Shown: piece by piece, positions 9,157 to 20,700 of the stretch | How the letters are laid out: every line of letters begins with the position of its first letter | Numbering within the stretch: the first letter of the stretch is position 1 | Virus record (IMG/VR): IMGVR_UViG_3300042391_001376 | Span: 124,001 to 188,000 of that record | DNA length: 64,000 nucleotides | Direction: 5' to 3' (one strand) | Notes under the pieces: generated by a model | The model's database searches: none | Seen by the model: only the letters and a program-made list of their open reading frames with translations | Told to the model about the DNA's origin: nothing | Position numbers and translations under genes: made by a program

Positions 9157-11268
9157 TCATGAGTTTAGTCTAGACTCAAGTTCGTTAACTTTTGTAGATA
9201 GCTCTTGAATAGCTTTTACTAAAAGAGGAATTATTTCAATTGTATTCCACATAGCTGGATTCCAAGCATCTATGTCAAAAATTCCACCTTCTTCATCCCA
9301 TGGTAATTCGTGTGATGGTGGTTGAAAGGTCACCAGTTCGGGTTGCGCTTCAAGAACTTCTTCCACTATAAAACCATAAGATCTATTTAGGCTCATAAGA
9401 TCTTTAGCTTGATCGGTCCATGGTTCATTCGTAACCGGATCTATTTCTCCCATTTTCCAACTAAAAATTCTTGGTCTTAAATTATTAACCACAGAAAGAC
9501 CATTTGGAATATCTTCTATATTTTCTTTAAATTCTCTCAAAGAAGTAAATCTAACTATTCTTTCAACACCTTGTCCACCAAGTGATTGAGCATAAAGTGG
9601 TCCGACTCCACTACCCGCTGTTGGAAAACTGCCTTGGGCTCTATAGGAATAATTGTTTTCTACCGTGATATTTAAGCAGTCGATTGTTGATCCTGAAATA
9701 GCCCCGCCAAAAGTGCCGGTAGAACCTGAAATATCACCGTTTACAGAAAGCGTTGCCCCGTTCCAGGAAATCGATCCAGAACCAAGGCTAAATGTTCCGT
9801 TATTTAAGTCTAAATAACTTGTATTTCCAGGAGAAGCTAATAAACCAGTTCTTATTACATCTCCAGATATCTGTGTTAAAAAACCATTATTATCAACGCT
9901 AATGCCAGCTCCACCAATTGTTATCTTATTACTAGCTGTGTTGAACGCATCGTCCGCATATTGATACGCAGCATCAGCTGTGCTAGACGCAGCATTTGCT
10001 TCATTGTATGCATTTTGGATTGTGGTATAAGTTGTGCCGCCGGTAATAGCTACGTTACCAGTTATACTTAAGGTTGCTCCATCCCAAGTTAATTTATCAC
10101 CCAAAGAAAAGTTAGCTTGTCCACCAGAATTTTTGCCAACAAAGAAAGCAGTGTTGCCGCTAGCAAAAGTTCCGTTTCCGTAATACATTGTATTAGCAGA
10201 TATTGTTAAGCCACCTATAAAGCCATCTTCGTATATTGAGTTACCAAACTCATCAACTATAAGTTCAACATCTTCTGCGTTCAGAACATCTGAACCATCG
10301 CTAAGCTTTAAGGTGCCCTGTACAGTAAGACTGTTGCCATCCCATGTTAGTTTATCACCCAAAGAAAATTGCTCAGTAGCATCAACATAGAAGGCGGTAT
10401 CCGTATTGCTGTAATTGCCAGCTCCCAAAAATATTTTACCTCCAGTAGCCAATTCGGTTAAGCCTGTTAAGGTAAGACTGCTGGCTGTAATATCTCCAGT
10501 GTTAGTCACCCTAAATGGAGCTATCGAAAAGCTAGTGCTATTTGAACCGCTCCACATGTTTCCGTTTGAATCAACATGAAATGACGTAGCGTCTGATGTT
10601 CCTTGATCTTCACCAATGTCTAAACTAGATCTAATGCTAGCGTCATTAAATACAGCTTTTCCATCTCCACTTATCTTCCAACCGGTTCCACCAAATGTAG
10701 TATTCGCTGCGGCATAGTTGTTAGATTTTAGAATGGAGTTAGCCCCAGACAAGGTTATTGTTTGTGCGCCTATTGTTCCAGCTGTTATTTTTGATGCAGT
10801 TAAGCTGCTGATATATTGGCTATCAATTAGCGGTGTTGATTGATCAGTTTGAGTTAAAGCTGTCCATGGACCAAGGTTGCCAGTCGTATCTACCGATCTA
10901 ACTCTTCCCCAATAAGTTTTGGCAACCGTGTCTGTACTGTTTGGTACCGCTACCGTAAACACGTTTGCAGAACTAAAGCCCGTTAAAGTTGCCGTCCCGG
11001 TGCCGGCCCCATTGTCATATAGTTCATATTCATATTTGTCTATATCTAAATCATTACTGAAGTCAAAAACAAACATCACATTTTCAAATGATGCGTACAA
11101 GGCTAGATTAGATATAGCGTCAGGTATCGTAGTATCCTTGGGGATTGAAACTAATATAGAATCTATACTCTCAGAGTAAGCATTAATGTCAGTATTTTTT
11201 GTTCTTACACTAAATATATAATTCTTGCCTGGTTTTAGGTTCTCAATTTTTTTTATAATCTCAGCCAT
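9157..11268 (-). CDS. Tail fibre/spike with C-terminal S74 intramolecular chaperone
   Basis: FN3-like N-terminus, repeated FSLGDKLTWDG..L.(V/I) units, C-terminal SLREFKENIEDI...YGFIVEEV...LLVKAIQELSTKV. Confidence 0.8.
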   Translation of the reverse strand: MAEIIKKIENLKPGKNYIFSVRTKNTDINAYSESIDSILVSIPKDTTIPDAISNLALYASFENVMFVFDFSNDLDIDKYEYELYDNGAGTGTATLTGFSSANVFTVAVPNSTDTVAKTYWGRVRSVDTTGNLGPWTALTQTDQSTPLIDSQYISSLTASKITAGTIGAQTITLSGANSILKSNNYAAANTTFGGTGWKISGDGKAVFNDASIRSSLDIGEDQGTSDATSFHVDSNGNMWSGSNSTSFSIAPFRVTNTGDITASSLTLTGLTELATGGKIFLGAGNYSNTDTAFYVDATEQFSLGDKLTWDGNSLTVQGTLKLSDGSDVLNAEDVELIVDEFGNSIYEDGFIGGLTISANTMYYGNGTFASGNTAFFVGKNSGGQANFSLGDKLTWDGATLSITGNVAITGGTTYTTIQNAYNEANAASSTADAAYQYADDAFNTASNKITIGGAGISVDNNGFLTQISGDVIRTGLLASPGNTSYLDLNNGTFSLGSGSISWNGATLSVNGDISGSTGTFGGAISGSTIDCLNITVENNYSYRAQGSFPTAGSGVGPLYAQSLGGQGVERIVRFTSLREFKENIEDIPNGLSVVNNLRPRIFSWKMGEIDPVTNEPWTDQAKDLMSLNRSYGFIVEEVLEAQPELVTFQPPSHELPWDEEGGIFDIDAWNPAMWNTIEIIPLLVKAIQELSTKVNELESRLNS

Positions 11269-12209
11269 TACAAAGTTGCTCCTGTGACGATTCTTCCCAA
11301 TAATGATGAACTTACTTCTTCTTTGTTTAAGCTCAAATAATTATTTAAAGAAAAACTATATTTTTTTATGTTCATTTTTCCATCTGAAGATAGTATGTTT
11401 TTTTCATGATTAGAAACTATTTCAAATACATAGTTTTTATATGATAAATCTGTTTTAGAAAAGACTAGAGCATCTGTGCTTTTGCTCTGACTGTATAGAT
11501 CAACGTCTTGCCAATCTAAGACAACTTTATTATCTATATCTTGGTCAGAACCATAAGCTGTAATTCTTATTTTAAACTTACCGTAATCTGGACCTTTGTC
11601 ACAATATATCTTTATATTTGGTCCAGTGAAAGTTCCTATTAAAGAAGCTCCTGAATTTTTTGAAACACCAGAATCCCAATTAGATTCACTATTAATAAAT
11701 GATAAATTATAGTAATTATCTGAAGTTAAATCTCTTACATATGAAGAAACATTTACTTCTTCTTCAGAGCTAACAAATTCCGATTGAGCTTCTTCGCATG
11801 CTTGATACTGATTGTCTTGAGTTCTTTTTTTAATTAGTTTTAAATTTGGAGTTTTATAATATAAACTATATTGCTTATTTATTTCAATATCTTTAGAGTG
11901 ATTTTCTGCTGCCTTAAAATACAGAAGATTGCCAACAATTTGGCTTATCACTGGGGTTGAGTCATAGTTCTCAGAAGACTTATCTTCATAAACAACTAAA
12001 TAAGAATCTGGATCAGTAGAAGCTGTTTTGGTAAAAATTGAACCTTCTTTATTTAAAGCGTAGTAAATGTCAACATCTAAATTTTCTACATCAATAAAAA
12101 GCCAAGAATCTTTAACAATGTTTTCTTTAGCTATTGGAAAAGTTATTTTTTTCCTTAAATTAGGATAAACATAATTTCCATCTAAATCATAATATCTAAA
12201 CCAAGCCAT
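11268..12209 (-). CDS. Tail/baseplate-associated structural protein
   Basis: 313 aa with jelly-roll-like FTGPNIKIYCDKGPDYGKFKIRI segment; adjacent to the fibre gene. Confidence 0.45.
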   Translation of the reverse strand: MAWFRYYDLDGNYVYPNLRKKITFPIAKENIVKDSWLFIDVENLDVDIYYALNKEGSIFTKTASTDPDSYLVVYEDKSSENYDSTPVISQIVGNLLYFKAAENHSKDIEINKQYSLYYKTPNLKLIKKRTQDNQYQACEEAQSEFVSSEEEVNVSSYVRDLTSDNYYNLSFINSESNWDSGVSKNSGASLIGTFTGPNIKIYCDKGPDYGKFKIRITAYGSDQDIDNKVVLDWQDVDLYSQSKSTDALVFSKTDLSYKNYVFEIVSNHEKNILSSDGKMNIKKYSFSLNNYLSLNKEEVSSSLLGRIVTGATL

Positions 12210-12211
12210 AA

Positions 12212-13777
12212 TTAAACCTCATAAACAAAAACTTCATATTCGTGATTAACAGCAACATCGCCATCTTCTATCTCTATCGTTATTACGGCATCAACGACCG
12301 GTATTCCACCATCTATTATATCCTGTTGTATGTTCGTAATCTGTATAGACTTAGCTTTAGGTACAACTACAGTAGTATCTGTTCTCACAATATCATAATC
12401 AATGTCTGTTGATTTAATTTTTTGGCTACCGTCATTACCCGTATGCGCGTGACCAGATAGTGAAACTCCGTCTATCCTCATGCCAGGATCAACGGAAATA
12501 TTCCCAGTTATTGTTCCGCCATCTTTTAGTAAATATTGTGGGTGATGATTTTCAGTTAGGTTATGTAAGCTTGCATGATCAGAAATTAAATCACTTTGAT
12601 CTTTATAAGTTATATGAGAATTCTTATATATTTCAGAATAATTATCTTCTGTTATTGTTTTGCGAATAACTTTTTTATTTTGTCCCTTAAATGAAAGTTG
12701 AAATATATAATTAGAATATCTTCTTTTTTGTTGAATTAAATCTAATAATTTTTCTACTCTAGATCTTATAATTTGATTTCTTTGTATCAAGTCACTAAGT
12801 ATCATCCCAAAGTTTGCGTTTATCACATTTGTGGCTATAACTAACTCTTCTGTTAAAGTCGGAAATCTAGACGCAAATGTTGTTGTATAAAAGTTTGCCT
12901 CCATGGGGGAAACTATCTTTGTTTTAAAATTTAATGTTTGCGATAAATATCTGTCATAAAAAATACTGCAGTTGTCTACATAATCTCTTTTTAGGTTGTT
13001 TAATAAACTTGCGATTTCTTCATTTAAAGCTTCTAGTCTAATCGAAAAAAATGCTTGGAATTCAACGGCTTGTTTTTCTGTGATTTGATCCAACTCGGAA
13101 GCTGTGATTTCTCCTGGTGATGATGAGATCGATTGGACAATGCGTTTCGTGCATTGTGCTGCGACCTTTGCCCATGCGTCAAATTGTACTGCGACTTCTT
13201 TTTGTGAGTCATCTTCATACTGCTCCTGGAAATTTATTAATATAAAATTTTTAATATAAAAAGCTTCATTTAACATTGCGTTTAATAAATTCCTATAATT
13301 TAACAAATAAGAAAAAACGCTTTGTGAACAAATTTGGTTAAACTCGGCTATAAATCTTCTGGCAACCGTAGACATAGATCTTTCGGCGTATTTATATTCT
13401 TCAAAGGAAACAAAGTCTGGTTCCGGCAGTTTGACGTCGTTATATTTGCATAATTCCTCCCAAAGTTTTGTGTGACATTCTTCCATATTTGGAGTTAATT
13501 TTTGATCTAGATAAACTTTATATAATATATTATCTATGGACTTAATCGTTTCTTGAATGTAATTATATGTTTGAAAAGATTGATTTTTTAAAAAGTTTAA
13601 ATCAACTGTCATACTTGGTATTAAGCTGTAATCAAGATTTGTTGGGATACTATTGGCGTATTTATTTACAGTAATGTCGTCTCTTGTTTCTTCTTCAAAA
13701 AAAGATACGTCCGTTTTATAGCCACCAAATATGTCACTGGTTGGACCAAAATTATTTTCGATGTTGTTAATAGACAT
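12212..13777 (-). CDS. Virion structural protein
   Basis: 521 aa; helical N-terminus and fibre-like C-terminus (HPQYL.KDGGTITG...HAHTG). Confidence 0.45.
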   Translation of the reverse strand: MSINNIENNFGPTSDIFGGYKTDVSFFEEETRDDITVNKYANSIPTNLDYSLIPSMTVDLNFLKNQSFQTYNYIQETIKSIDNILYKVYLDQKLTPNMEECHTKLWEELCKYNDVKLPEPDFVSFEEYKYAERSMSTVARRFIAEFNQICSQSVFSYLLNYRNLLNAMLNEAFYIKNFILINFQEQYEDDSQKEVAVQFDAWAKVAAQCTKRIVQSISSSPGEITASELDQITEKQAVEFQAFFSIRLEALNEEIASLLNNLKRDYVDNCSIFYDRYLSQTLNFKTKIVSPMEANFYTTTFASRFPTLTEELVIATNVINANFGMILSDLIQRNQIIRSRVEKLLDLIQQKRRYSNYIFQLSFKGQNKKVIRKTITEDNYSEIYKNSHITYKDQSDLISDHASLHNLTENHHPQYLLKDGGTITGNISVDPGMRIDGVSLSGHAHTGNDGSQKIKSTDIDYDIVRTDTTVVVPKAKSIQITNIQQDIIDGGIPVVDAVITIEIEDGDVAVNHEYEVFVYEV

Positions 13778-13779
13778 AA

Positions 13780-15630
13780 TTAAAACATCTTTCTTTTACC
13801 GTTAGATATAACAGAACTTTTTTTTCTAAACTTAGTTGCAGCCAAACCATCATTTCTGCCAACTATTGCATACTTTGGTTTTTCTTCTTCATCTTGGACC
13901 GTATTAACCTTTGGCATGTAAAAGTCGTTAGAGAAAGTTTCGGTATTCATAGCATAGTTACCTTTTGAAAATTCTCCATAGTTTTGGGTTATGGCTAAAA
14001 GTGCCAACATTAAAGCGTCGTGCGCGTGGTCCATTGCGGTTCCGCTTGCTTCAAATATTGGTCTTCCAATTTGAGTTGTTCTTATCACAACATATGAAAT
14101 TAATTGGAGGTATAGTTCTTCGTCCGATTCTGGAAAAACTATTTTTTCTTTTTCCAAGAACTGACGAAGATTATCTACCATGTACGGTTTTATTTCTTTT
14201 TTAACCAACATTTTTGTATATGGGTCTCTCACCTCTATCGCCTCAGCAAAAGATACGCCTTTAACTTTTTCTTTAAGACCGGATCTAGGATTCTCAACGC
14301 CATATTTATGCAGTAGTTCGACCTGGACTTCTCCAAATCCTCTGTCAACATAAATATGTTTTGGTTTGAATATTTCGTTAAGCTCAAATATTCTGTCTAC
14401 AGCTTTAGTTAAAGTATATTCAGACCTATCTATTTCTTCCCTATATGCCACTCTGGATCTTCCTCTAAATCTTGGATCCTCGTGGTTATCTGAGCATGCT
14501 TCAACAACAACTATGTTAGTCCCAGCTCCGTATTTGTCCCAGTCAACGCCTATAACATGGAAAGATCTTGCCGAAGTTATCTCTGGCTCATAAGTCCACG
14601 AAGGGCTAAGAAATGCTTTGTCCACAAATTTTCTTGGGTATACGCCTTCTGAGTCTTCGCCCCAGTCTGCTTCTATTTCATGGCGATAACCCATTTCGGT
14701 GTATTGTTCTCTAAACTCATCTTCTTGATCTTTAGAAAAATAAGGGTTGCAATATGATGGAAACCAAAATTCTTGGAATCTTTCAGACCTACACCATTCC
14801 CAAAATTTTTCTCTTCTACCAGTTGGAGTAGAAGCGCCAATCATCATTTTATCTGGTTGATCTTCCGCAGTTTTCTGCAACATGGCATACAATGCGTCTA
14901 GGTCATCCGTATGCATGTAGTCCATTTCGTCTAACACAATCACGTGTGCTTCTTGACCACGAGCTACGTCTGACTTACCGCCGGAACGCATGCCAGATGT
15001 AAAGAATCTAATAGTTGACCCGTTGGAGAATTCCATCATAAATTGAGGACTGCTAACTTTTCTTGTTATTGAATTCATAACAACTTCATTTTTTCCAGCT
15101 ATTCTTCCGATTTCCTGGTAAATAAGTTCTACCTGTGTTTTCATTGGAGCAATAACAAGACATCTTCCATCTTTATGTGTATAGCTATAATGCAAAAGTG
15201 TGATAGCAAGTGTGAAGGTTTTTCCTAAACGACGACCAGCTCTTAATACTTTTCTTAATGATGGATCTCTTAGTATTAATATTTGATAAACTCTAGGTTG
15301 AACCTGTAAAAAGTTTTTTGCCCAAACAACAGGATCTTTAGCTAAATGCATTTGCCTTTGTTGTTCGCCAGATATTCCAACATCTAAAAGTTCTCTATCT
15401 ATCTCAAATGGTTCATCAATTAAGAAAGATAATTCTCTATTAGTTAGAGGTCTTCCAGTTATGGGTGTCCCATCAGCCCAGTTAATGTGTTGTAGTTTAT
15501 TTTCAAAAACCCATTCAATTCTATTAACCTGTTTAAACAATTCTATATCTTGATCTTTAATTAATTCTAAAAGATCTTCTCTAGAAAGTTTTTCTAGTCT
15601 TCTTCTAAATTCTTTAGTTTTATGATCCAT
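13780..15630 (-). CDS. terL: Terminase large subunit
   Basis: Walker A GRRLGKT, Walker B VLDEMD, ASTP motif III, nuclease GVDWD and DHAHDA. Confidence 0.92.
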   Translation of the reverse strand: MDHKTKEFRRRLEKLSREDLLELIKDQDIELFKQVNRIEWVFENKLQHINWADGTPITGRPLTNRELSFLIDEPFEIDRELLDVGISGEQQRQMHLAKDPVVWAKNFLQVQPRVYQILILRDPSLRKVLRAGRRLGKTFTLAITLLHYSYTHKDGRCLVIAPMKTQVELIYQEIGRIAGKNEVVMNSITRKVSSPQFMMEFSNGSTIRFFTSGMRSGGKSDVARGQEAHVIVLDEMDYMHTDDLDALYAMLQKTAEDQPDKMMIGASTPTGRREKFWEWCRSERFQEFWFPSYCNPYFSKDQEDEFREQYTEMGYRHEIEADWGEDSEGVYPRKFVDKAFLSPSWTYEPEITSARSFHVIGVDWDKYGAGTNIVVVEACSDNHEDPRFRGRSRVAYREEIDRSEYTLTKAVDRIFELNEIFKPKHIYVDRGFGEVQVELLHKYGVENPRSGLKEKVKGVSFAEAIEVRDPYTKMLVKKEIKPYMVDNLRQFLEKEKIVFPESDEELYLQLISYVVIRTTQIGRPIFEASGTAMDHAHDALMLALLAITQNYGEFSKGNYAMNTETFSNDFYMPKVNTVQDEEEKPKYAIVGRNDGLAATKFRKKSSVISNGKRKMF

Positions 15631-15632
15631 AA

Positions 15633-17039
15633 TTACCCAAAATGAGCTGCCATCATAGACGCTTCCGAACCCAATGCACTTCTTGCATTTAACCTAGAAT
15701 TTTGTATAGCCATAACGCCTCTTGACCTCGATGTAGCAGCTGCTTCAGTGTCTCTATATCCCATCCCAAACATAGGTTTACTAAATGATCCTTGTAAGGA
15801 TTTTTCTGCGTCTCTAGCTAAGTTTATACCACTTTTGATTACTTCGCCACCCATTTTGCCAATATCATAAACTAAAGATGCTGTAGCTAATAAATTAAGC
15901 CCAGGGATAGCCATTGCTGCACCTCTTGCCCCAAGCACCTTCATGCCGGCTTTAGTACTAAAGGCTTCCATCGTACCTTTTGCTCCAAGAGTTTTGAATG
16001 CACCTTCTTTAAGAATTTGTTTTGCAGCAGTTTCTCCTGCAAGTTTTTCTCCAGCTTTACCAGCAATTCCCTCTGTGCCTAAAGCACTAGTCATGTTGGC
16101 TATCGCCTTTTGAGCACCAGCGAAAGCTTCGCCTTCAAGCCCAGCTACACCAGCAAATCCTTGTGCTCCTCTAAAGTACCCAGACATATAGCGGGTACCT
16201 TTACCTGCCATAGAAGATGCCAATAGGTTTCCCCTAGCTCCAATCTCACCACTTCTTGCAGCCACCATTCCTTCTGATAATGCTGTTCCAGAACTTGTCA
16301 TTCTTTCAAGCATCGGTATTCCAGCTGGAGACCCCATTGTCATTGTCGTCATTCGTGCATTATTCATTCCAGCCATTCTTTGTATACCGATATCTGATTG
16401 ACTCAATCTTGACATGGCTCTTGCATTTCCGCTTAGCGCTTTACGTTCTAATAAATCCATTTTTCTTCCAGCGGTTATTCCAGAAAACAAACCAGGGCCA
16501 AGAAGAGCTTCATCTCTTGCCGTTCCACTTGCTTCTGCCAATTTTCCCAAAGGACCGAACCTTGCCTTAGAAAGAGGACCCCTTATACCTTGTGCGTAAG
16601 TGTACGTTCTTTGGTCTTCAGCAAATGCACTTAAGCTTGACATCCTTCTTAGTGCTCTAGGTCTAGCTGTTACAGTGTTAACTCTTGCACCATAATAAAT
16701 TGGTTGTCTTCCTGCTTCCCCTGCGAGTCTAGCTCCTCTTCCACTTCTCCTGCCAAAAGAAAGAAATTGTTGTCCAGAACTCAAATCATTTGGGTCAAGA
16801 CTCATTGCCCCACTTCTAAAAGCTCCATACCTTTGAGCCTTTTTGTCTACCCCAAACCTCGAGGCGTCGTCCATGAATCCGCCGCCAGCCATAATTGTTC
16901 TAGCACCACGGCCAGCCTGGAACCCAATACCCGCAGTTATCCCAGGAAGATTCTCTAACGTTCTTGCATACAGAGGAGTTTCAAGCATCTCGTCTTGGGT
17001 ATAAGGCTTTGGCATTCCTGTCATTGGATCAATTGGCAT
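15633..17039 (-). CDS. Gly/Ala/Met-rich putative internal virion or ejection protein
   Basis: 468 aa, low-complexity amphipathic sequence with a hydrophobic helix near the C-terminus. Confidence 0.4.
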   Translation of the reverse strand: MPIDPMTGMPKPYTQDEMLETPLYARTLENLPGITAGIGFQAGRGARTIMAGGGFMDDASRFGVDKKAQRYGAFRSGAMSLDPNDLSSGQQFLSFGRRSGRGARLAGEAGRQPIYYGARVNTVTARPRALRRMSSLSAFAEDQRTYTYAQGIRGPLSKARFGPLGKLAEASGTARDEALLGPGLFSGITAGRKMDLLERKALSGNARAMSRLSQSDIGIQRMAGMNNARMTTMTMGSPAGIPMLERMTSSGTALSEGMVAARSGEIGARGNLLASSMAGKGTRYMSGYFRGAQGFAGVAGLEGEAFAGAQKAIANMTSALGTEGIAGKAGEKLAGETAAKQILKEGAFKTLGAKGTMEAFSTKAGMKVLGARGAAMAIPGLNLLATASLVYDIGKMGGEVIKSGINLARDAEKSLQGSFSKPMFGMGYRDTEAAATSRSRGVMAIQNSRLNARSALGSEASMMAAHFG

Positions 17040-17782
17040 TAGTAACTCTTCCTTGAATTATGCATTCCGAGAACTATGTCTCCTGAAGCGTTTAATGCTT
17101 GAGCTGTTGCAAGTGAAGTGCTGTATGGGCTACTTGATAGTAGTTGTCTATTATCTCTTACTCTTGACATCGCCATGCCAGGCACTACAGCAGCGCCCCC
17201 GAGGCCGCCTATTGTTGCCCCGATTGCAGTTCCTATGGCTGCTTTTTTAAAACTTTTTCCATGACCATAACCCAAACCACCTATTGCTCCACCCACAGCT
17301 GCACCAATGCCTGCTGTGGCGAGATTTGCTCCTACAGTAGGATCTGGTCCATAAACACTAAAAGTATCGCTCATACCCCCACCTGAGGCCCCAACCGCTG
17401 CTCCGATTGCCCCTGCTCCAGCAATCATAGTTCCTCTGCCCATGCCATACCCAGCTAATTTGCCAAGTTCTGCGCCTTTAGGTATTAACTTTGCTGCTGC
17501 CCCGCCACCAATTAATCCGCCAATTGCCATAGCTCCAAGGCCAAGGCTAACAGCACCAGCTGTACCGTGAGTCGCTGCTGCTCCCAAAAATCCACTAGAC
17601 ATAGGTCTCCCCATGAATGTTTCATCTGCATACGGATCGTTGAAGGCTGCATCTAAAACTGCTTCTTTAGCTGATGGACCTATGCCCTTTGCGACGCCGG
17701 CCAAACCAATTGCGCCCATAGCTAAGCCAGTCGTTCCGCCAAACTTACTTCCAACTTTTGCTCCAACATTTAATAAACCCAT
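17039..17782 (-). CDS. Gly/Ala-rich membrane-active putative internal virion protein
   Basis: 247 aa with several glycine-zipper (GxxxGxxxG) hydrophobic segments. Confidence 0.45.
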   Translation of the reverse strand: MGLLNVGAKVGSKFGGTTGLAMGAIGLAGVAKGIGPSAKEAVLDAAFNDPYADETFMGRPMSSGFLGAAATHGTAGAVSLGLGAMAIGGLIGGGAAAKLIPKGAELGKLAGYGMGRGTMIAGAGAIGAAVGASGGGMSDTFSVYGPDPTVGANLATAGIGAAVGGAIGGLGYGHGKSFKKAAIGTAIGATIGGLGGAAVVPGMAMSRVRDNRQLLSSSPYSTSLATAQALNASGDIVLGMHNSRKSY

Positions 17783-17787
17783 TTAAT

Positions 17788-20700
17788 TTATCCTCCAAAT
17801 AAATGAGCGTGTTTTTTTGAACTCATATTATGATGGCCAATTTTATTTCTATCCAAATTCCCAACAACTCCAGCAGTAACAAGCGGATCTCTTCTATATG
17901 AAGAAAGACTAGCTTGAGGTTGCATTGTTTGTCTCATCATTTCACCATTAGACACCTTTTGTGTTATTGGCTGTTGCTGTATTGTTTCGTCGTAAATTTG
18001 GTTTTCTTTATGCCTACCATACATATAGTAACCAACTCCTGCTGCAAGTATGCCGGCACCAGTCCCATAAATTGATTTTTTATTTTCTATAAAAAAGTTT
18101 AAAGCTTTATTTTCACCAAAACCAAGCCTAGATCTAGTCATAACTTTTCTAGCTTCTGCAGCCGTACCATCCTGGCTTAAAATATCTGCTGCTTTATTAA
18201 GCGAGTTAATGACACCCTTATTGGTTTCTTCCATTCTTCCGGAAACTCCAGCTGCTGCCAATGTTGCTTCATCGGCAAAAGCTGAAACCCTAACGGTATC
18301 GCCAACTACATCTAGGTGTGATGCTCTTTCTGTTATTAGTTTATCGTTGATTAAATCCCAGCCAGCTCTTAATAAACTCTTAATTGTTCCTTCTGCCCTT
18401 GCTCCACTCTGAGTAGCATATCCTATCCCTCCTTCTTGGAAACTTGATGCCAGGACTCCCACTAAATGACCTTTATCTTTCCCAGATAAATCCATAGATG
18501 CTTGAAATTCTGCCCCTAAATTCTGAAGAGCTCTTACCTTACTAACACCTTCTTCTACTCCAACATCTGTTGCTCTTGCCGTATGTGCTGCCAAAGCGTC
18601 ATCTACAAGTTGCGCTGCTATTGCTTCATAATCTGTAGATTTTGCTTCTGAACCTAATTGCCAAAAAAGATTTATTGTATTTTGATTTTCATTATTTTTA
18701 AGTACGCTTAAAGAAACTTTTCCTTTTTGCATTGCGTTTTCGCCAATAGTAGATTTTATTGATTCACTATTTAATACATCTTGCAAAACTTCTGTTGGCA
18801 AAAATACTCTTGATCCAACTTCTATAGAAGACCCTGTTGAAGCCTTTAGCCCGAGGTAAGCTTCTTTTTGTGTTTGGAAATGTGATATACCTGTTTCAGA
18901 TAATATATCCATATAAGAAGAATAATTTAGACTTTCTAACTGAGCCTTCAAAGAAGCTCTTACTTCCTCGCTTATTCCTTCTTGACTAAGTCTGTTTGCA
19001 ATAGTTGTTCTAGCTAATTCTGCGTTAGCTTGTGTGCCTTCGGACATGATTGTGCTAAATACTCTACTCTTTGCGTCAAGAAAATCGTAGCCAATTCCAC
19101 TTTTGCCAGCTGCTTTCGATGCATCTAGTGTTCTTACTAAGTAATCATCTAAGCTGTTAACTCCAAAACCGAGTTGAAAAGGAGCTTCTGCTGATCTTCC
19201 ACCTATGCTTATTTTTACTGCTTCAGATAGAGTTGGAGCAGAAGAGAAATTCTTATACACTTTTCCTATAGATCCAAGTATACTTTCTTTGGTTATTTCT
19301 CCAGAAGCTGACTCCCCAACAGCTTGTGTTATTCTTCTTATTTCTTGTATTCTACTTTCTTGACCATACGTAATGCCAAAGTTGGCAATCGAATTTATTG
19401 CATCTGCGTTGCCAGACCTTGCTGCGACTATAGTTCTTCTAACCTCATACGCTCCTCTGTCTGCGCTACCACCCATGTAGTCAATAACACCCTCTGGAGA
19501 ATGTTGGACAAATTTAGCTTGAGTCGTATCATACCTAATGTAACCTTTTGTCACATCTTTGTCTGCAAACATTGTTACATTTTTAGTTCCTTCATCTGTT
19601 AAAAGGTAATTAAAAGTTGCTTCAGACAAATGTTGTACATCAGCTATATTTTTGGTTGGAACATTAGCGCTAGATCTATAAATTTTTCTTCTCATATTGT
19701 CGGCTATTTGCTTTGCATCTTCTGACAAAGCTTCGTATACGGAACTACTTCTTCCTCCTCCTGGCCTAGCCAATTGAAGTCTTTCCTTATCTGACGTTGT
19801 ATATCTAAAAATAAAACTTTGCAAAAGTGTGTCATTATCTGCTAAGTGAGAACCTCTTTGCATTTTGTCAAGTAACATTATTGCTGCTTCATCTCCGGCT
19901 TCTGCGTCTCTTACTATTCTAGCTGTGAGATCGGTATTTAAAGACATTGCTTCTACAGATGAATATGCTGCTCCGCCACCAACTTTTACATCAGCCATTG
20001 TTTCTGGAGAATACATAAACTGTCTATGAAGTTCAGCTACTTTAGAATCAGTTCTTGTTATGCCAGTTCTTGCAAATTCATCATCGACAGCTTTATTGAC
20101 TAAATCATTCATGTATGATCTATTATATTCTAGTGTGTCAACAAGTAAAGTTTCCCCACTTTTAATTCTAGAATGCAATCTTTCAATTGCAGCTTTTGCT
20201 TCAGAATGAGAAGAGTAACCCCCCATTTGTTTCATTGTTCCAGTTAACTTTTGAATATCAAAATTAATATTATGACCTGCAATAACTGAATTGGATTCAA
20301 CTAGATTATTGATTAATTTTACTCCTTCATCAAGAAAGTCTTTTCCACCATTTTCTGAACCAACAACTTTTCCAGAAGAAAATAAGTTTACAAAAGGATT
20401 ACCTTCTCCATACATTAACCCATTGAGTTGCGGTGATTTAAAGCTTGTATTTAATCCTGCTGATATCTTTCCACTGCTTGCTATATCCGCTGTAGCCATT
20501 TGAACTATTTGTGAATTTCTAAATATTCCAGAAGTTTCAACGTCAAACATTTTTACTGATCTACCAGCAATAACTTCTGACATATTCCTCAATACAGTTT
20601 CACCGGTTATTTCATCTATCTTAAACATCTGACTTAAAGCTCTATGTCCCATAAGATTAGAAGTTCCAACATTAAATGCTTCAAAACCAGATTTATTTGG

